A stretch of 64,000 bases of DNA from Octopus sinensis. Taxonomy: Eukaryota. The stretch is taken from the NCBI RefSeq assembly GCF_006345805.1, contig NC_042998.1, forward strand, positions 193,936,001 to 194,000,000. Direction: 5' to 3'. Every line of letters begins with the position of its first letter. Position 1 is the first letter of the stretch. Positions 37,301 through 51,199 of this stretch are shown in pieces. A program made the position numbers and the translations under genes. Below the pieces are notes generated by a model. The model had not been told where the DNA came from, did not search any database, and worked only from the letters and a program-made list of their open reading frames with translations.

Positions 37301-38164
37301 AAAATAAATAAATAAATAAATATGAACAAACCACGAGATATCAACGACCACTCTACTTGCTAGAAATAGTAACCAAATTTTTTTTTCAGATCGTACCCTA
37401 CTGTCTAATTAGAACGTATTGTCTAAAAAGTACAGTATTAGAGAGAGGGGGGGAGAAAGAGAGAGAGGGAGGGAGAGGGAGAAAGAGAGAGAGGGAGGGA
37501 GAGGGAGAGAGAGAGGAGGCGGAATGATCTTTAATCTGGGTCTGTTCGATCAAAGCTCATTCGAAGCTTAGCCGATTGTTACTCTCTCACACCGACTTTG
37601 TTCCTTGAAAACTTTCTGAAAAATTACATATTTTATTTTAATGAAACTTTGCAGAGATACATTTTAAAGCGCGAAGATTACAATTATATTGATACAATTT
37701 AGAAATAAAAATTGGAGAGCTTTCAAAACTGTTCTGGCTACCCCTTGCTCCGATTTTGTTACCGCCATTTTTCACTTTCTCTTTTTCAGATTTATGTGTT
37801 TCAAACGTCAAACGTTCAAACGTCAACACTGCATAATCTGTTCTATCTAAAACGTATTTCTGCTAAAGGTTATTTCAAAATATGCATTTTAGAAAGAGAT
37901 ATTTTTTTTAAAATCGAAGTGTAGAGAAAGAATGGAAGAAAGATCCCAGACACTGTCAAGAATTTTAATTTTTTTCGGTTATCCACATAATTATAATCTA
38001 CGTTTTCGAGAACTCGTCTCTGCAAAATTTAATGAAAAAATATGGCTTTTTCAGAAATTATATGGTTATGCGGAAACAACGGTAGGAGCGGATGAGGTGG
38101 GGGGAACACATATTTAGTTAGGCTTTCAACAACATACAGAGTGAATATACATGCATGTATATAT

Positions 38165-38460
38165 CATCATCATCATCGTCGTTTAACGTCCGTTTTCCAT
38201 GCACCAGGCTCCAGTCTGATCTGGCAGTGTTTCCACAGCTGGATGCCCTTCCTAACGCCAACCAGTCCGTGAGTGTAGTGGGCACTTATGTGCCACCGGC
38301 ACAGGTGCCAGGTGAGGCTGGCAACAGCCACGATCAGTTGGTGCTTTTTACGTGCCACTGGCACGGAAGCCAGTCAAGGTGGTGCTGGCATCGGTCACGT
38401 TCGGATGGTGCTTTTTACATGCCACCAGCACAGGGATCACAACTACAATTTCCATTGATT
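38165..38460 (-). mobile_element. SINE family A
   Basis: Reverse-complement copy; RTE-end-like sequence continues to ~38745. Confidence 0.8.
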
Positions 38461-39079
38461 TTTGATGTTGATGTACTTGACTCAATAGGCCTCCTCAAGC
38501 ACAGGATTGAAACAGTGTTTCTTTACTTACCACCTGTACAGAAGTCAGTCCAGCGGCACTGGCAACGGCCGGGTGTCAGTCATAGGATTTGGTTCAATTT
38601 CAATTTCACTTGCCCCATCAGGTCTTCACAAGCAGAGTTTAGTGTCCAATGAAGGGAGGTTGGCATGGGTGCCAGTCGTCAGATGTGGTTCGATTTCGAA
38701 TTCAATTTCGACTTCACTTGCCTCAACAGGTCTTTGCAAGCAGAGTTCTGTTAGATAAGGTGATATCCAAGCTATGTCTTCTAGAAGCACACTGTTTATT
38801 CCAGTAATGCAAACCAGTATGTTGCTGTTGTAGTTGTAAGTTACATAGAGTTGAAGATTCTGGAAATATTACTTGCAGAGTTATTTTATAATAAACCAAA
38901 AAGGTTGGAAAATTTTGTGGGGTATTATTCTTTCATCATTACACATGTTTCATTTGCTAATAGGAATCACAAAGTTGTACATGTTGGATAAACATGTGTA
39001 ACTTTCTGATTCATAATAGGGAATGAAAGATGTGTAATGGTAAATAAATAGTACCTATAAATTTTTCGAACTGCCTGTT

Positions 39080-39318
39080 TTGTCGGTGACACGTAAAAGC
39101 ACCAAACGATCGTGACCGTTTGCCAGCCTGCTCTGGCCCCTGTAAAAAACACCCACTACACTCACAGAGTGGTTGACGTTAGGAGGGGCATCCAGCAGTA
39201 GAAACACTGCCAAATCAGACTAGAGCCTGGTGCAGCCACCATGGCTTACCAGTCCCCAGTCAAACTGTCCAACCCATGCTAGCATGGAAAACGGACGTTA
39301 AATGATGATAATGATGAA
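39080..39318 (+). mobile_element. SINE family A
   Basis: Conserved body and tail. Confidence 0.8.
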
Positions 39319-39376
39319 ATAATTATTAACTTCCCAGTCTCCATTTTCTTCTTTTAAATGTGTGTATGTATGTATG

Positions 39377-39414
<38 letters not shown>

Positions 39415-39455
39415 TGGAGAATTATGCATCCTCAAAAACTTGTTTACTACACTAT

Positions 39456-39825
39456 TATATACAATACATTCACTATATCTTTGTCCGACATGTGTGTCTA
39501 CTGCATAGATATCTTAAGATATGGCATTTAATTGCATCCTGTTGGTTCAACTGCATTATATTTTCATCCTGGGTAAATGTATTTATTCAAGGTATTACCA
39601 CTGTTGGTTTTTGAAGCACAAAGATCCTCTACCCCCAGATTATATTTAGAATCAAGCACTGGATTTTTCAGTTTACTTCAAAAGCCAGTAGTGGTAATAC
39701 TTTCAATAAATCAGTATGGATAAACGTTTGATGAATTTATAATGCAACTGAATGCCACATATTAGGATATCTATGCAGTAGAAACACGTGTCGGATTGGG
39801 ATTTAAAGTGAATGTATTGTATATA
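39456..39825. repeat. Diverged fold-back (arms ~39456-39616 and ~39677-39825)
   Basis: Arms are reverse-complement similar, e.g. TCCGACATGTGTGTCTACTGCATAGATATC vs GATATCTATGCAGTAGAAACACGTGTCGGA. Confidence 0.8.
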
Positions 39826-40449
39826 GTACTGTAATAAACAAGTTTTTGAGGATTTTTAATGTGTTGAATATACACATTGTCTACTATTAATCAATTTCTC
39901 ATTGTTCCATATCATCTTATATGGTTAGCCCAAGGTGCCATGCAGTGGGACTGAACCCAGAACTACTTACCATGCAGCCACTCCTGCACCTATGTGTGTA
40001 TATAATTAATTAATTAATTAAATAAATAAATAATTAATTGATCAATCAAGGATAAAACCATTTAATGATTCTATCAAGTGGCTCACATGTTAACTCCACT
40101 TAGGAAAGTATGTGTATATATATATATATCAGCTATAATGTATATGTTATATTTATTTAGTTATATCTCATTATATTGATTGTAATTATTGTACTGTATT
40201 AATGTCTAATCTTAATGCTCTTGTGTAGTGTTTTAATAAAGTATATGATTCGGTATTATCTGATAGTTGATGAATGATTTAGATATATTTCTCCATTTTC
40301 TCATTTTGTATATATATATATAATTATACAGATATAATTATAGCACAAGGGTATGTTTATACACACCAATATTAGAGTAATTGTAAGGCACCTGCCCAAA
40401 TTAAAAATTCTTGTTCTTTTGTGTTATATGAATGTGTATATATATATAT

Positions 40450-40835
40450 ATATTCTTTTATCTGTTTCAGTCATTTGACTGCAGCCATGCTGGAGCACCA
40501 ACTTTAGTAAAACAAATCAACCCCAGGACTTATTCTTTGTAAGCCCAGGAATTATTCTATCAGTCTCTTTTGCCGAACCGCTATGATATGGGGTCATGAA
40601 CATCATCAAGCAATGGTGGAGGGGAATAAACAGCCACACAAACATATATGTACACACACACACATATGTATATATATGGCAGGCTTCTTTCAGTTTCCGT
40701 CTACCAAATCCACTCACAAGGCTTTGGCTGGCCCGAGGCTGTAGTAGAAGACACTTGGCCAAGGTGCCACGCAGTGGAACTCTCAACCTGGAACCATGTG
40801 GTTGGTAAGCAAGCTACTTAGCCTCTCCTGCGCCT
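40450..40835 (-). mobile_element. tRNA-derived SINE family B
   Basis: Reverse complement of the 63615 type. Confidence 0.85.
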
Positions 40836-41227
40836 ATATATATATATATATAATAAATCAGTGACGGCTAAAACTATGTAACGATTCTATCAAGTGGCTT
40901 GCATGTTAACTCCACTTAGGAAAGTATATATACTGATATATAATTATATAGATATATTTATAGCACAAGGGTATGTTTATACACACCAACATACTTGAAA
41001 AATAGACGCTAAAAGCTCTATAAGCCAATTATTATTTAATCTGTTGTCACAGGCTGGAAGCAGGCCTAGTGAATCAGATATCAAAAGAACCAAACCCCCG
41101 TGCTTTACGTGTAAGTGTGTGTGACACACTATAGTTTTGCTAAACGGACAATTTAGCCAGTAGATTTTAACCTCAACCGGGGTCCATATAAGATTTTGTT
41201 GTTAAAATTTATCTGCAATATATTGGC

Positions 41228-41375
41228 TATACTTCTCACGAAGCTTTGTCAGTGAACAGGTCGCGGTCTCAAAGCGACGAAAATATTTTGACAAATTAAA
41301 TTTAAATGTTGAAGTGAATCTAACGGTTTTGTGTGTTTCTTAAATGGCTTATAAACACCTTCCACGCTGCTGCAA
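41228..41375 (+). repeat. ~150-bp interspersed repeat, probably a DNA-transposon end
   Basis: Aligns with 48905-49050 (+) and ~11490-11622 (-): TTTGTCAGTGAACAGGTCGCGGTCTCAAAGCGACGAAAATATTTTGACAAATT. Confidence 0.65.
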
Positions 41376-43449
41376 TTATTTTAAAAAATTATTTTATACA
41401 ATTCCTAATAAATATTTAATTAAGAAAATATAATAGGATTTATTTTTAAACATCGAATGTCTAGGAGGGTTCATCCGTGTCAAATATGAATGAAAGAGGT
41501 CATAGGTAAATGATGGGTGAGAAACACTGGCTTACAGTGTAAACGAAACGGCGTTGAGTACTTTTAAGGAAACTGCTTAGCAATTAGTATGGGTGATTTA
41601 AAACTGAGGGGAAATATACCACACAAAAGGCTTCAATGATTAATAAATGGCCGTATCTGCTGTCTCAGTAGAGTAGCAAGCCTTGATATTATAGAGAATA
41701 TGGTGTAATTAATTAATTAATTTGCCAAATTTATTTACAGCTAAAAAATTGTAGTAAGGAAGAGGAAATGGTAGCTTGTTGACGGCAGTTATTAATTGTA
41801 AATAAGAGTGCGACTTTAATATTCAAGGGTAGTAACTCTGTTGACATCATATTCATTTTTACGTGTCCCGTCCTGGGTTCGATCCAGAAATAATTTTTCC
41901 TGGGCCGATCGAATTTACAATCGAAATATTAGAAACATAGCAACAAATATAGGGGAAAAAACAAAACAAAGCTGCTAGTTGCTAACCTCTTAATTATATC
42001 TATAAATACATATTTACTTTCCTTCGGACTTATATTTAAAGACAGTCCGTGGAAATTAATTTTTTATAAAGGTCTTCGTAAATTTTTTACCTTACTACAT
42101 ACGAACGTTCTTTCATATTCTAACTAATTAGTATAATATTTAGAAGCAACTAGAAGGCTACATAGCGGGCAAAGGGAACCGCCAAGACTATAACTGGTCG
42201 GGAAGAGATCGATCAAATCGGGTACGAAAAGTGCTCGTAATGATTATAGTCACTTGCACGTACACCTAATATTCAATTTACTGCAGTTTGTGAGATGTTA
42301 CAGGTGTAGTCAAGAAAATATGGCGTGATTCAAGATCAGATTTTTTTTCCATGGTAGTCACTTATAACTTTCAATATTAATCGCTTCGATGATGATAATA
42401 ATGATATATGTATGTGTGCGCATAAATACACCCTGGTTATGTCTCCGTACATACATACATGCAGACACATTGTGTGTGTGTTTCAATAATACTTTTATAT
42501 TAGTTAACATGATTACTTTATAATTGTAATTATTTCATATCTATTTATTATCGTTGTCACCTATCTTTCTGTTACAAAAGCAATCAAATTTTCGCTGATT
42601 GTATATAATTACAAATTTCATTGAATTATTTTTTTCTAATAAAGTGAAACCAATCAATTCTCTTCCAAATAAAAGAATATTTATTTCAAATATTGAAAAC
42701 AAACGGAAAACTTAGGAAAATTTTCTAGTTAAAAACATCAGCACATCAAGAATTTCTTGGCTATAAGTTTCTCATATGAAGTGTTAAAAAGTTACATATG
42801 TAAGAAAATATTTCTGTTTTACAAAGATATCTCCCTTTTTAAAGTGGCTAATGTTGAGGACACCCACCACCACCACCAATAAAATGGAAAGACACCTAAA
42901 GTTTAAGGAAACTAGTGATTGTCTGAATTGGCACAAATTCACACATAAATTTCACAAACTGGAATGCTATACCAAGATAAGAGGGGAATTCTAATGTGTT
43001 AAGCTGGAGTCCACATCAAAGAATAAAGACCGTACCAAACACAGAATTCACCACTTCATGCAACACACAAACTTATTCTTTTTTGCAAATTTTATGGAAC
43101 CCTTTTCTTTTTTTACTGGTCTTGTGGAAGAGGCTATACCTAGAGCTTTTGTAGACCCTAAATGAGACCAGCATGGTTAAATTTCCTCTTGAACAGTTGC
43201 AAGAAATGTACAATGTTTTAGAGGACCGACTTTTAGGGGTGAAAGGAGTAGGCTTAGTGTCCACTCTGGAGAGAGAGAGTAAACAGAATATAGATGATGA
43301 GAGGAGGAGATAGTCCATATAACAGCATACATTCTTATAAGGTATGTAGATAATAAAATTGAATTCATGTGGTTTTGTGGTTTGAGTGTCACAATATTAT
43401 AAGATCCATTATAATAAGTTATATTATAATAGGGGGCATTATAATCTAT

Positions 43450-43690
43450 TATAAAAAGCACCATCCGATCGTGGCCGTTTGCCAGCCTCGTCTGGCACCT
43501 GTGCCGGTGGCATGTAAAAAGTACCCACTACACTCACGGAGTGGTTGGCGTTAGCAAGGGCATCCAGCTGTAGAAACACTGCCAGATCAGACTGGAGCCT
43601 GGTGCAGCCTTCTGGCTTCCCAGACCCCAGTTGAACCATCCAACCCATGCTAGCATGGAAAGCGGACATTCAACAATGATGATGATGATA
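43450..43690 (+). mobile_element. SINE family A
   Basis: Conserved body and tail. Confidence 0.85.
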
Positions 43691-44229
43691 CAAGGCCTGG
43701 AATTTGGTTGGGAGGGATTAGTTGATTAAATTAACCTGAGTATTTAACTGGTATTTTATAGTATTGACTCCCAGCAGATGAAAGGTATATTTGACCTCAG
43801 TTACATTTGAACACTAAACATAAAGGGCCAGAAGAAATACCTCAGGGAATTTTGTTTAGTATGCTAATGATTATTCTAATCTACTGCATAAGGTACATCA
43901 TGGAAACAAAAGGAGTTGAGAGAAAATATTTAAAGGGGTCAGTAGCATGGATTAGGATTACAAAATCTGCCAAAGGAGTATAGTTGGATGTATTGAATGC
44001 CATTCACGATAAATCCTTTAACTTATAATAATTTCACTCAGATGTAAAAAGAAAAATTAAACTTTAGCAATGATCGTTAGGAACACTAAATGAGGAAGGG
44101 AGATAATTTCAAGAAATTAAAAATAATTTCACAGTTGAATTGACATGCTCAGAGAGGAAAAAAACAAGCTTTCCCTCTTTTGCCTTTGAAACAAAAAGCA
44201 ATTTTGGTTTTGTTTCTCCTAAGCATGTT

Positions 44230-44464
44230 AAACCTTTTGGTATCATGTTTCTCTTGAAATAAACTGCCATTATTTCAATTAAATTTTTAAATTATTAAGA
44301 ATTTAATAAAAATAACTTTGTTATTATTAAACTGATTTTTGGGACATAACATGAAAATATTGTGGGAAGTACGAATATAGATTACATTGAAACATGAAGA
44401 TTGTATCATAGACCTATGCCTCAGGCATTTTGGTAACAAAAGGGTTAATTCAAAAATTATTCTT
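44230..44464. mobile_element. Degenerate piggyBac-like MITE, family 1
   Basis: Ends GGTAACAAAAGGG-TTAA; interior resembles the 60562 copy. Confidence 0.55.
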
Positions 44465-44799
44465 AATGTTCTGAAATTTTAAGTGCAGTGAGTCAGCACT
44501 GGGAAAAATGCTTAATGGCATTTTGTTCATCTTTACGTTCTGAGATCAAATACTGCCATGGTCAACTTTGCCATTCAGAGTCAATAAAATGAGTACCAGT
44601 TGAGCACTGGGGTCGATGTAATCAACCTTCTCCCTCCCCCGAATTTGCTGGCCCTGTGTGTTTAGAGTTGCTAAGAATTATTACTAAGTTTTTGTTTATC
44701 CTCTCTCTCCGCAGGGCCATCTCCCTGAAGGGATTAGTGATTTGTCTGTTTTCCTACATATTAGGACTTTAGTCTTTGTTACATTAACTCTTAGGCCCT

Positions 44800-45900
44800 T
44801 TGATTCCAGACCTCAGACTTATAAAAGTAATCTAATAATTGATTTTATATATAACAAATTAAGCCATAAATACTTTATGTTTGTTGTCAAATCAATTAAA
44901 CAGTTATACATGTAGTGATATGAAACCCTGTTCTAAACATTTCTCCACTTTGAATCACAATTGTATTATGGTTATATAGATTTGTACAGTAAGACAGAAA
45001 ATTTATGTTATTATTGTGTGTAAGATATCCTTATTATACTTATTTGTCTTATGGGCATTAGAGAATTCTATAATATCTATTAGATTAGGTGTTGTAGAGT
45101 AAGATAGTTTTACTGTATATTTATTTAAAATGTATTGATATTTGTGGTTTAGGGGAAGTTTCTATTTAATATATTAAAAAATTTTTGGTTATTTTGTTTT
45201 AACATTATTTATGTAAGGCATGTTACACCACTTTACATAGATTTTTCTTGTTTTAAAATTAAAAATTTTTCATGAGTATTTATAGTCTTTCACTACCCAT
45301 ATTGGCTTTTCCTGAAGATGCAAAGTTGGAGAATTTGGTTTAAAAAATGTTAGAATGGTTTGTTAATTCATATCTTACCTTGTAGGTTAGATTTACAATT
45401 TGTATTAGGTGTGCAGCTGCTCATTTCATCTTTATTTCTAGATTTGACTATATGTTTGCTTTTATTATAGTTTTACCTCTATGTTTGGCTAGGTACTCAC
45501 ACTCAAGATTTATAGATTGGTCATTTTAGTTTTTATTAGTTTAGTTAAATTATTCAGAATATTCATAGATTTATCAGTTTTGTCTCTAAGCATATCAGTG
45601 ATTTTATCATTTTTATTCTCAGAGCCACCACTCTTTATATTGTTACTATGGTCGTTAGTTTTATCTCTGATTAAATTACCATTAGCTATTCCACTTATTT
45701 ACTATGTTTAGACAGCTTAGTAAAAAGATTTCATTGCTTTTAAATATGCTTTGCATGTTTATGTGCAGTACATACTTTAAAATTAGAGTTGTTTGTATTA
45801 CAGGAAGAGATAAATTAAGTCTTACCCATAAAGCCAACTTTCAATAGAGCACCATTATAATATTCCTATATACTTCTATGTTTGAAGAAAGTTTAGATGT
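44800..45900 (-). mobile_element. Highly decayed Penelope-like element (RT C-terminus/GIY-YIG region)
   Basis: Minus-strand fragments KWCNMPYINNVKTK and NKYTVKLSYSTTPNL resemble the PLE motifs WFNPPYS.NVKT and FNRNTVKISYSCMPN; boundaries uncertain. Confidence 0.5.
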
Positions 45901-46489
45901 TCTAAGGAAAATGTTCTTCATAATATTATATATTGATTTGGGATGATTAGAATTTTTGTTTATGTAGTTAAGATTTTTGCTGGGTTTGTGGAATGGAAAG
46001 TACAGGCCACTGTGCAAATTAAAGTCTGAAAATTTACCTTTTTGTAGTTTGAGCTGAACCAGAGTGACAGATTATAGTCTATGCTACAACAGTTAATGTT
46101 TTTAACTATTAATAGTGTGTCAACTCAGAAATAGGATCTCCTCTTATTCAATAAAAGGAGTGTGACTAGATCCAGATCAATAACCTGTGCAATGTCAGAC
46201 GAGCCCATCAAAATACCGAATCATCCTGAGTGTTACAGACTTGTATGTCTCTGTTTAAATCGATTAAACCTTTTGTCTCTGAAATTGTAATATTAATTTC
46301 CTCTTTATTAATCTATAAAAATCTATACTATTTAGGAAGAATATGTGATATCCAAGCAAAAAACTATTGATATCAAATTGTATGAAGGGTGTACATTTTT
46401 TGTTTCCTAGTGTACTTAACCAATTGAGGAGGATGAATGGCTTTGTATGAAAGTATTTATATATGCATATATATAAAGCACTGTTCAAA

Positions 46490-46850
46490 CGTTGGGCTTC
46501 ATGGAGGTAGTGACAAGTGATCAACACCTTTGGCGATACACTGTGCTTGAGAAGACCTGTCAAGCCAAGTGAGATCTTAGTTGTGGCCGATGTTAGTGTT
46601 TTGTAACTGGCTCCCATGACAGTGGCATGTAAAAAGCTCCCACTACACTCTTGGAGTAGTTGGCCTTAGGAAGGACATCCAACCATAGAAACCATGCCAA
46701 ATCAGATTGGAACCTGGTGCAGCTGCCCAGCTTACCAGTTTTCAGTCAAACCATCCTGCTGTAGGAAATTTACCACACTAAATTCTATCCAACCCATGTG
46801 ACCATGTAAAAGAGAAAATTAAAATGATGATGACGATGATGATGATGGTG
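46490..46850 (+). mobile_element. SINE family A / RTE 3' end, diverged
   Basis: Diverged body with (GAT)n tail. Confidence 0.7.
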
Positions 46851-48024
46851 ATATGTGTATGTATGCGTGTATGTGTGTGTGTGTGTGTGTGCAGTAAAAT
46901 TTCTTATAGGGTTAAACTTCCTAAGCAAGTTTAACTCTACGAGAACTAAACGTTCAATAAAGGATAACTTAGAACCACAAGAATACAAGAGACAAAAGGT
47001 TCACTGTCAGGAAGCACATAAAATACATCATCAGCTGCCTAACAAATATCATCATGGTTTCAACACCTTGGCTATGCTATTCAATCTGACAGAGTCAACA
47101 GCATTAAGGAGAACATGTGATGAAATGGTGAAAATGACTTCTAGATGTTGAACTTCATAAAGGAGATGGTAAAGGACTGAGATGACTTGTATTGTAACCA
47201 ACTCCCATGTATTAGGAATGTATTAGTTTGACACTCAGTAACAAGAGAGAGTTTGACGTTTTGAGCATAGCTCTTCTTTGGAAAAGAGAAAGAGAAAAGT
47301 CCAAAGAAAGAAAAGAGATTACCATCACCATGTAGAGGTGTACTTGTCTGTTAAGTGATTTCATTTGAGACAGTTTATTTAAACTAAAACAGTTACACTG
47401 TGGAACGTACATTAGTCATTAAAAACACGCTGCATTTAAACATTTATTATTTGGTGTCAAAATTTTTGTTGCACCAATTTTAAACCTGGTCACTGACACA
47501 ATTCTAATGCGATGCAGTAGAATCTTGTCAGTGACCATGCCACAGTTGGTGTGACAAAAATATTGATATCAAATAATGTGTTTTAGTGAAGTTAGCAGCC
47601 TTTTGTGCTTTGAATGGCTATATGTGCCTCCCATAGTATCAAAACCAACATCTCCAAAATCTTTTTCCAGATCTTCAGAAAAGCCTTTCATATGCAACAT
47701 AGCTATCATAACATCTTCAACTTAGCAGAGGAATGAAAGCACACAAGGTCATTTTGTAATCTCCTACACTGATAGGAGGGAGAGGATTGGAAATCTTGTC
47801 TGAATTCATGCAACAGAATTAACACTGTCAAGAAGGGAGTGGTAGTATGGAACTAAAGTGGATGATTGACTGGTCGTGCACACACACACACATATATTTA
47901 TTTGATATATTCTGTTTTTAATTTTATTTGATATATTCTCTCTCACCTCTGCCACTATCTGGCATATACAGGTGCTTACACTTATCAAGTATTCACTCTA
48001 AACTTACAGTACCTACTATATATA

Positions 48025-48340
48025 TCATCATCATCATCGTTTAACATCTGTTTTCCATGTTAGCATATGTTGGATGGTTCGACCGGGGTCTGAGAAGCCA
48101 GGAGGCTGCACCAGGCTCTAGTCTGATCTGGCAGTGTTTCTACAGCTGGATGCCCTTCCTAGCGCCAACCACTCCGTGAGTGTAGTGGGTGCTTTTTACA
48201 TGCCAGGCGAGGCTGGCAACGGGCACGATCAGTTGGTGCTTTTCACGTGCCCCTGGCATGGAGGCCAGTCAAGGCGGCACTGGCAACGGCCATGTTCAGA
48301 TGGATCTTTTTACGTGCCACCGGCACTGGTATCACAACTA
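48025..48340 (-). mobile_element. SINE family A
   Basis: Reverse-complement copy. Confidence 0.8.
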
Positions 48341-50665
48341 CAAATTTATAATAAGGGGTACAAGATAGTACCAGTGTTGCTAGAAATAAGAGTCTAAAAA
48401 TACTCAAATAAGCCACAGTATCACTAGAAAGTTAACAAGCTGACAAAATCAAGGAGTGATTAAAAGGCCAACCTTCAATTGTGGTGGAAATATGCAAATG
48501 AATTTGTAGATATACTCACATCATGTGATTTTGAACTCTGAGATAAAACTCTTAATTCACTTCAGTGGGTATTGCTACCTGGGGTTAAATTAATACCCGT
48601 TTCATCATGTGAATGAAAAACCCTGGTACTATCTTGTACCCTTGTTTATATATTTATAAATTTTACCATTTTGGTTTTTATGCTTGCTAGCCACCTATAC
48701 TATTATTATTTATTTATAATAATATCTTTATTTATGTATAATTATCATTTGAATTTGGTGCTAGTCTTTCAACGATTTTAACAAGCATGACGAAGTGGGT
48801 GTTAATTTAACCCCAGGCAGTGAGACCCACTAAAGAGAACTAAGAGTAATATCTCAGGGTTCAAAATCATGTGATATGAGTATATCTGAAAATTCATTTG
48901 CAGCACGGATTTTTGTCAGTGAACAGGTCGCGGTCTTAAAGCGACGAAAATATTTTGACAAATTAAACTTAAATGTTGAAGTGAATCGAACGGCTTTTGT
49001 GTATTTTTTAAATGGCTTACAAACACCTTCCAATCTGCAATTGTTTTCGTTTCAGCACACGATCTCAGATCAAATCACTTGCTATGCAAGTACATCTCCG
49101 TAATTCATTTACATATTTCCCCTGCAATGGTAGGTTGGCTTTTTACTTGCTCCTCGATTCTGTCAGCTTGTTAAATTTTCAGTGATATTGTGGCTCATTT
49201 GAGTAGTTTTCAACTCAATTTCTAGCAATGCTGGTACTATCTTGTACCCTTGATTACAAATTTATAAATTTACCATTTTGGTTTTTATGGTTGCTAGCTA
49301 CTTATATTATCATTATTATTATATGTTTGACTTTTGCTTTACATTTGCACAAGCTGGCTCCAAGTCTCACCCAGAGATCTCAAGAGACAACAAGTTGGAA
49401 GTTCATGTTGGTGTTATGCCTAGGGTGCCATATATTTGGTTTTGTACTTAGTGTTGTACTAGTGAATGCCTAAAAAAACCATTATTATTGTTGTTGTTAT
49501 TATTATTATTTATTAATAATAATATATATATATAAATAATAGCTATACAATGAGCAATGCTCAATGTAGCTAATCATCAAGCTGAGATTACCTTGATGAT
49601 ATGAAGGTTATGGTGTTGCTCCAAATTTCCAAGTCAGCTCTACCACAGTGGAACAGTGAACTGAATGGAGAGGCCAGAAATACAAAAAAATTTTAAAAAC
49701 AAAACAGTTAAGAAGGGAAAGGATGAGATCAAAGTATACAAGTGTGGGAGTGATTTACAGTTGAAGAGTAGCAAGAAATGGTAAAAGAAAGGGAGAAAAG
49801 GAAGAAGAGAAAATAATTGCTATAATTAAGGGGAAAATTTGTGGTCATAAACTTTTATCTAAGAGAGGTAACAACAAAAATTGCTGATTACTAGAATCTT
49901 ATTATCCAAATAAGTAAGGGTGAAGGGGTGGTTTTCACTCTAAAGAAATACAAGGGGCCAGTACAACCAGCATGCCCATTGCTGTTCAAGAATTTGGACC
50001 TGGAGATCTCTATTTCCAGTGACTTCGAGGGCCACCTCCCAGTGGTGTTGGGTGTCAACGAAGAGCCCTCGACTACAACAAGATGACCAGATGACCAGAG
50101 TTTTTTTTTCTTTTCAAGGTCTGGGGTCTCCTGCCCCTAAGCCCTAGACCATCACCTAATCACCCTTAACAACAACAACAACAACAGTATGCCCACTTGC
50201 ATCACAGTGTATGCACCCATCCAAATGCATGTTCACACATGCCATTTGTGTGCATGGACCCAATATGTAAACACCCATTCACATGTGAATACCTACAGAA
50301 ACGTATAAGTCTGCCTAAGGCATACACACACCCATAGGTACACGCACACACACACACACGTACACATATATGCACCTATACATATAATAGGTATATGTAC
50401 AGTAGATATATATACACCCACCTGCATCTGAGTAGAGAAAAAAATAAGGTGGGGGGGATTTATAAATCAAGGTTGGAAAAGGTGAAAAGAATAAAAGAAA
50501 TATAAGGTGACAATTAAAGGTTGCACAACCTATCATGAGCATAATCATTGCCTTAGTTGGAATAAGGGTTGGTGGCAGGAAGGGCACCTGGCTGTAAAAT
50601 AATTCATCAAGACTCTGTCAACCCATGCCAAGTGGAAAAAATGAATTTTAAAAAATGACAATGAT

Positions 50666-50721
<56 letters not shown>

Positions 50722-51199
50722 TCAAACGTACACACACGCATGTATAAAATATGGATATATCTAAATTTGAAAATTTATCAATTTTCAAGAAAATATTTCC
50801 CCATCCACTTAATAAAACCAATAAAAACCAAAAAAATATATTAAACTTAAGCTGCAGCTAATATATTACTGATGTAATATCTTTTTATGCCATTTTGTAA
50901 AAAAAAAAAAAATATTTTTTTTCTCAAATAAAAGAAATTTATTTTTTATTTCAGTTCGTTCTTTGCTATACTATTCAAATATCTTATTTCTTCGGCTTTT
51001 TTTTGTTTTTTTTTCTACTTTGTATTTATCTTTTTTTTTAAATTTCGGAAATATCAAACTCTCCACTTTTAATATATTATATCATTATGCATGTTTGAAA
51101 TTAAGCTGACAGTGTTATGTCCCTGTAAGAAGAGTAAAGCTTTTAACAGTAAATCTTTGACGAAGTCAATCTGTGGCAGCAGCACTTGTACTCAAGAGT

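Noticed and set aside
37690-37775. Minus-strand AAAATGGCGG start context (MAVTKSEQGVARTVLKALQ..)
   Set aside because: Closes after 34 codons with no convincing donor or homology; cannot be supported as a gene start.
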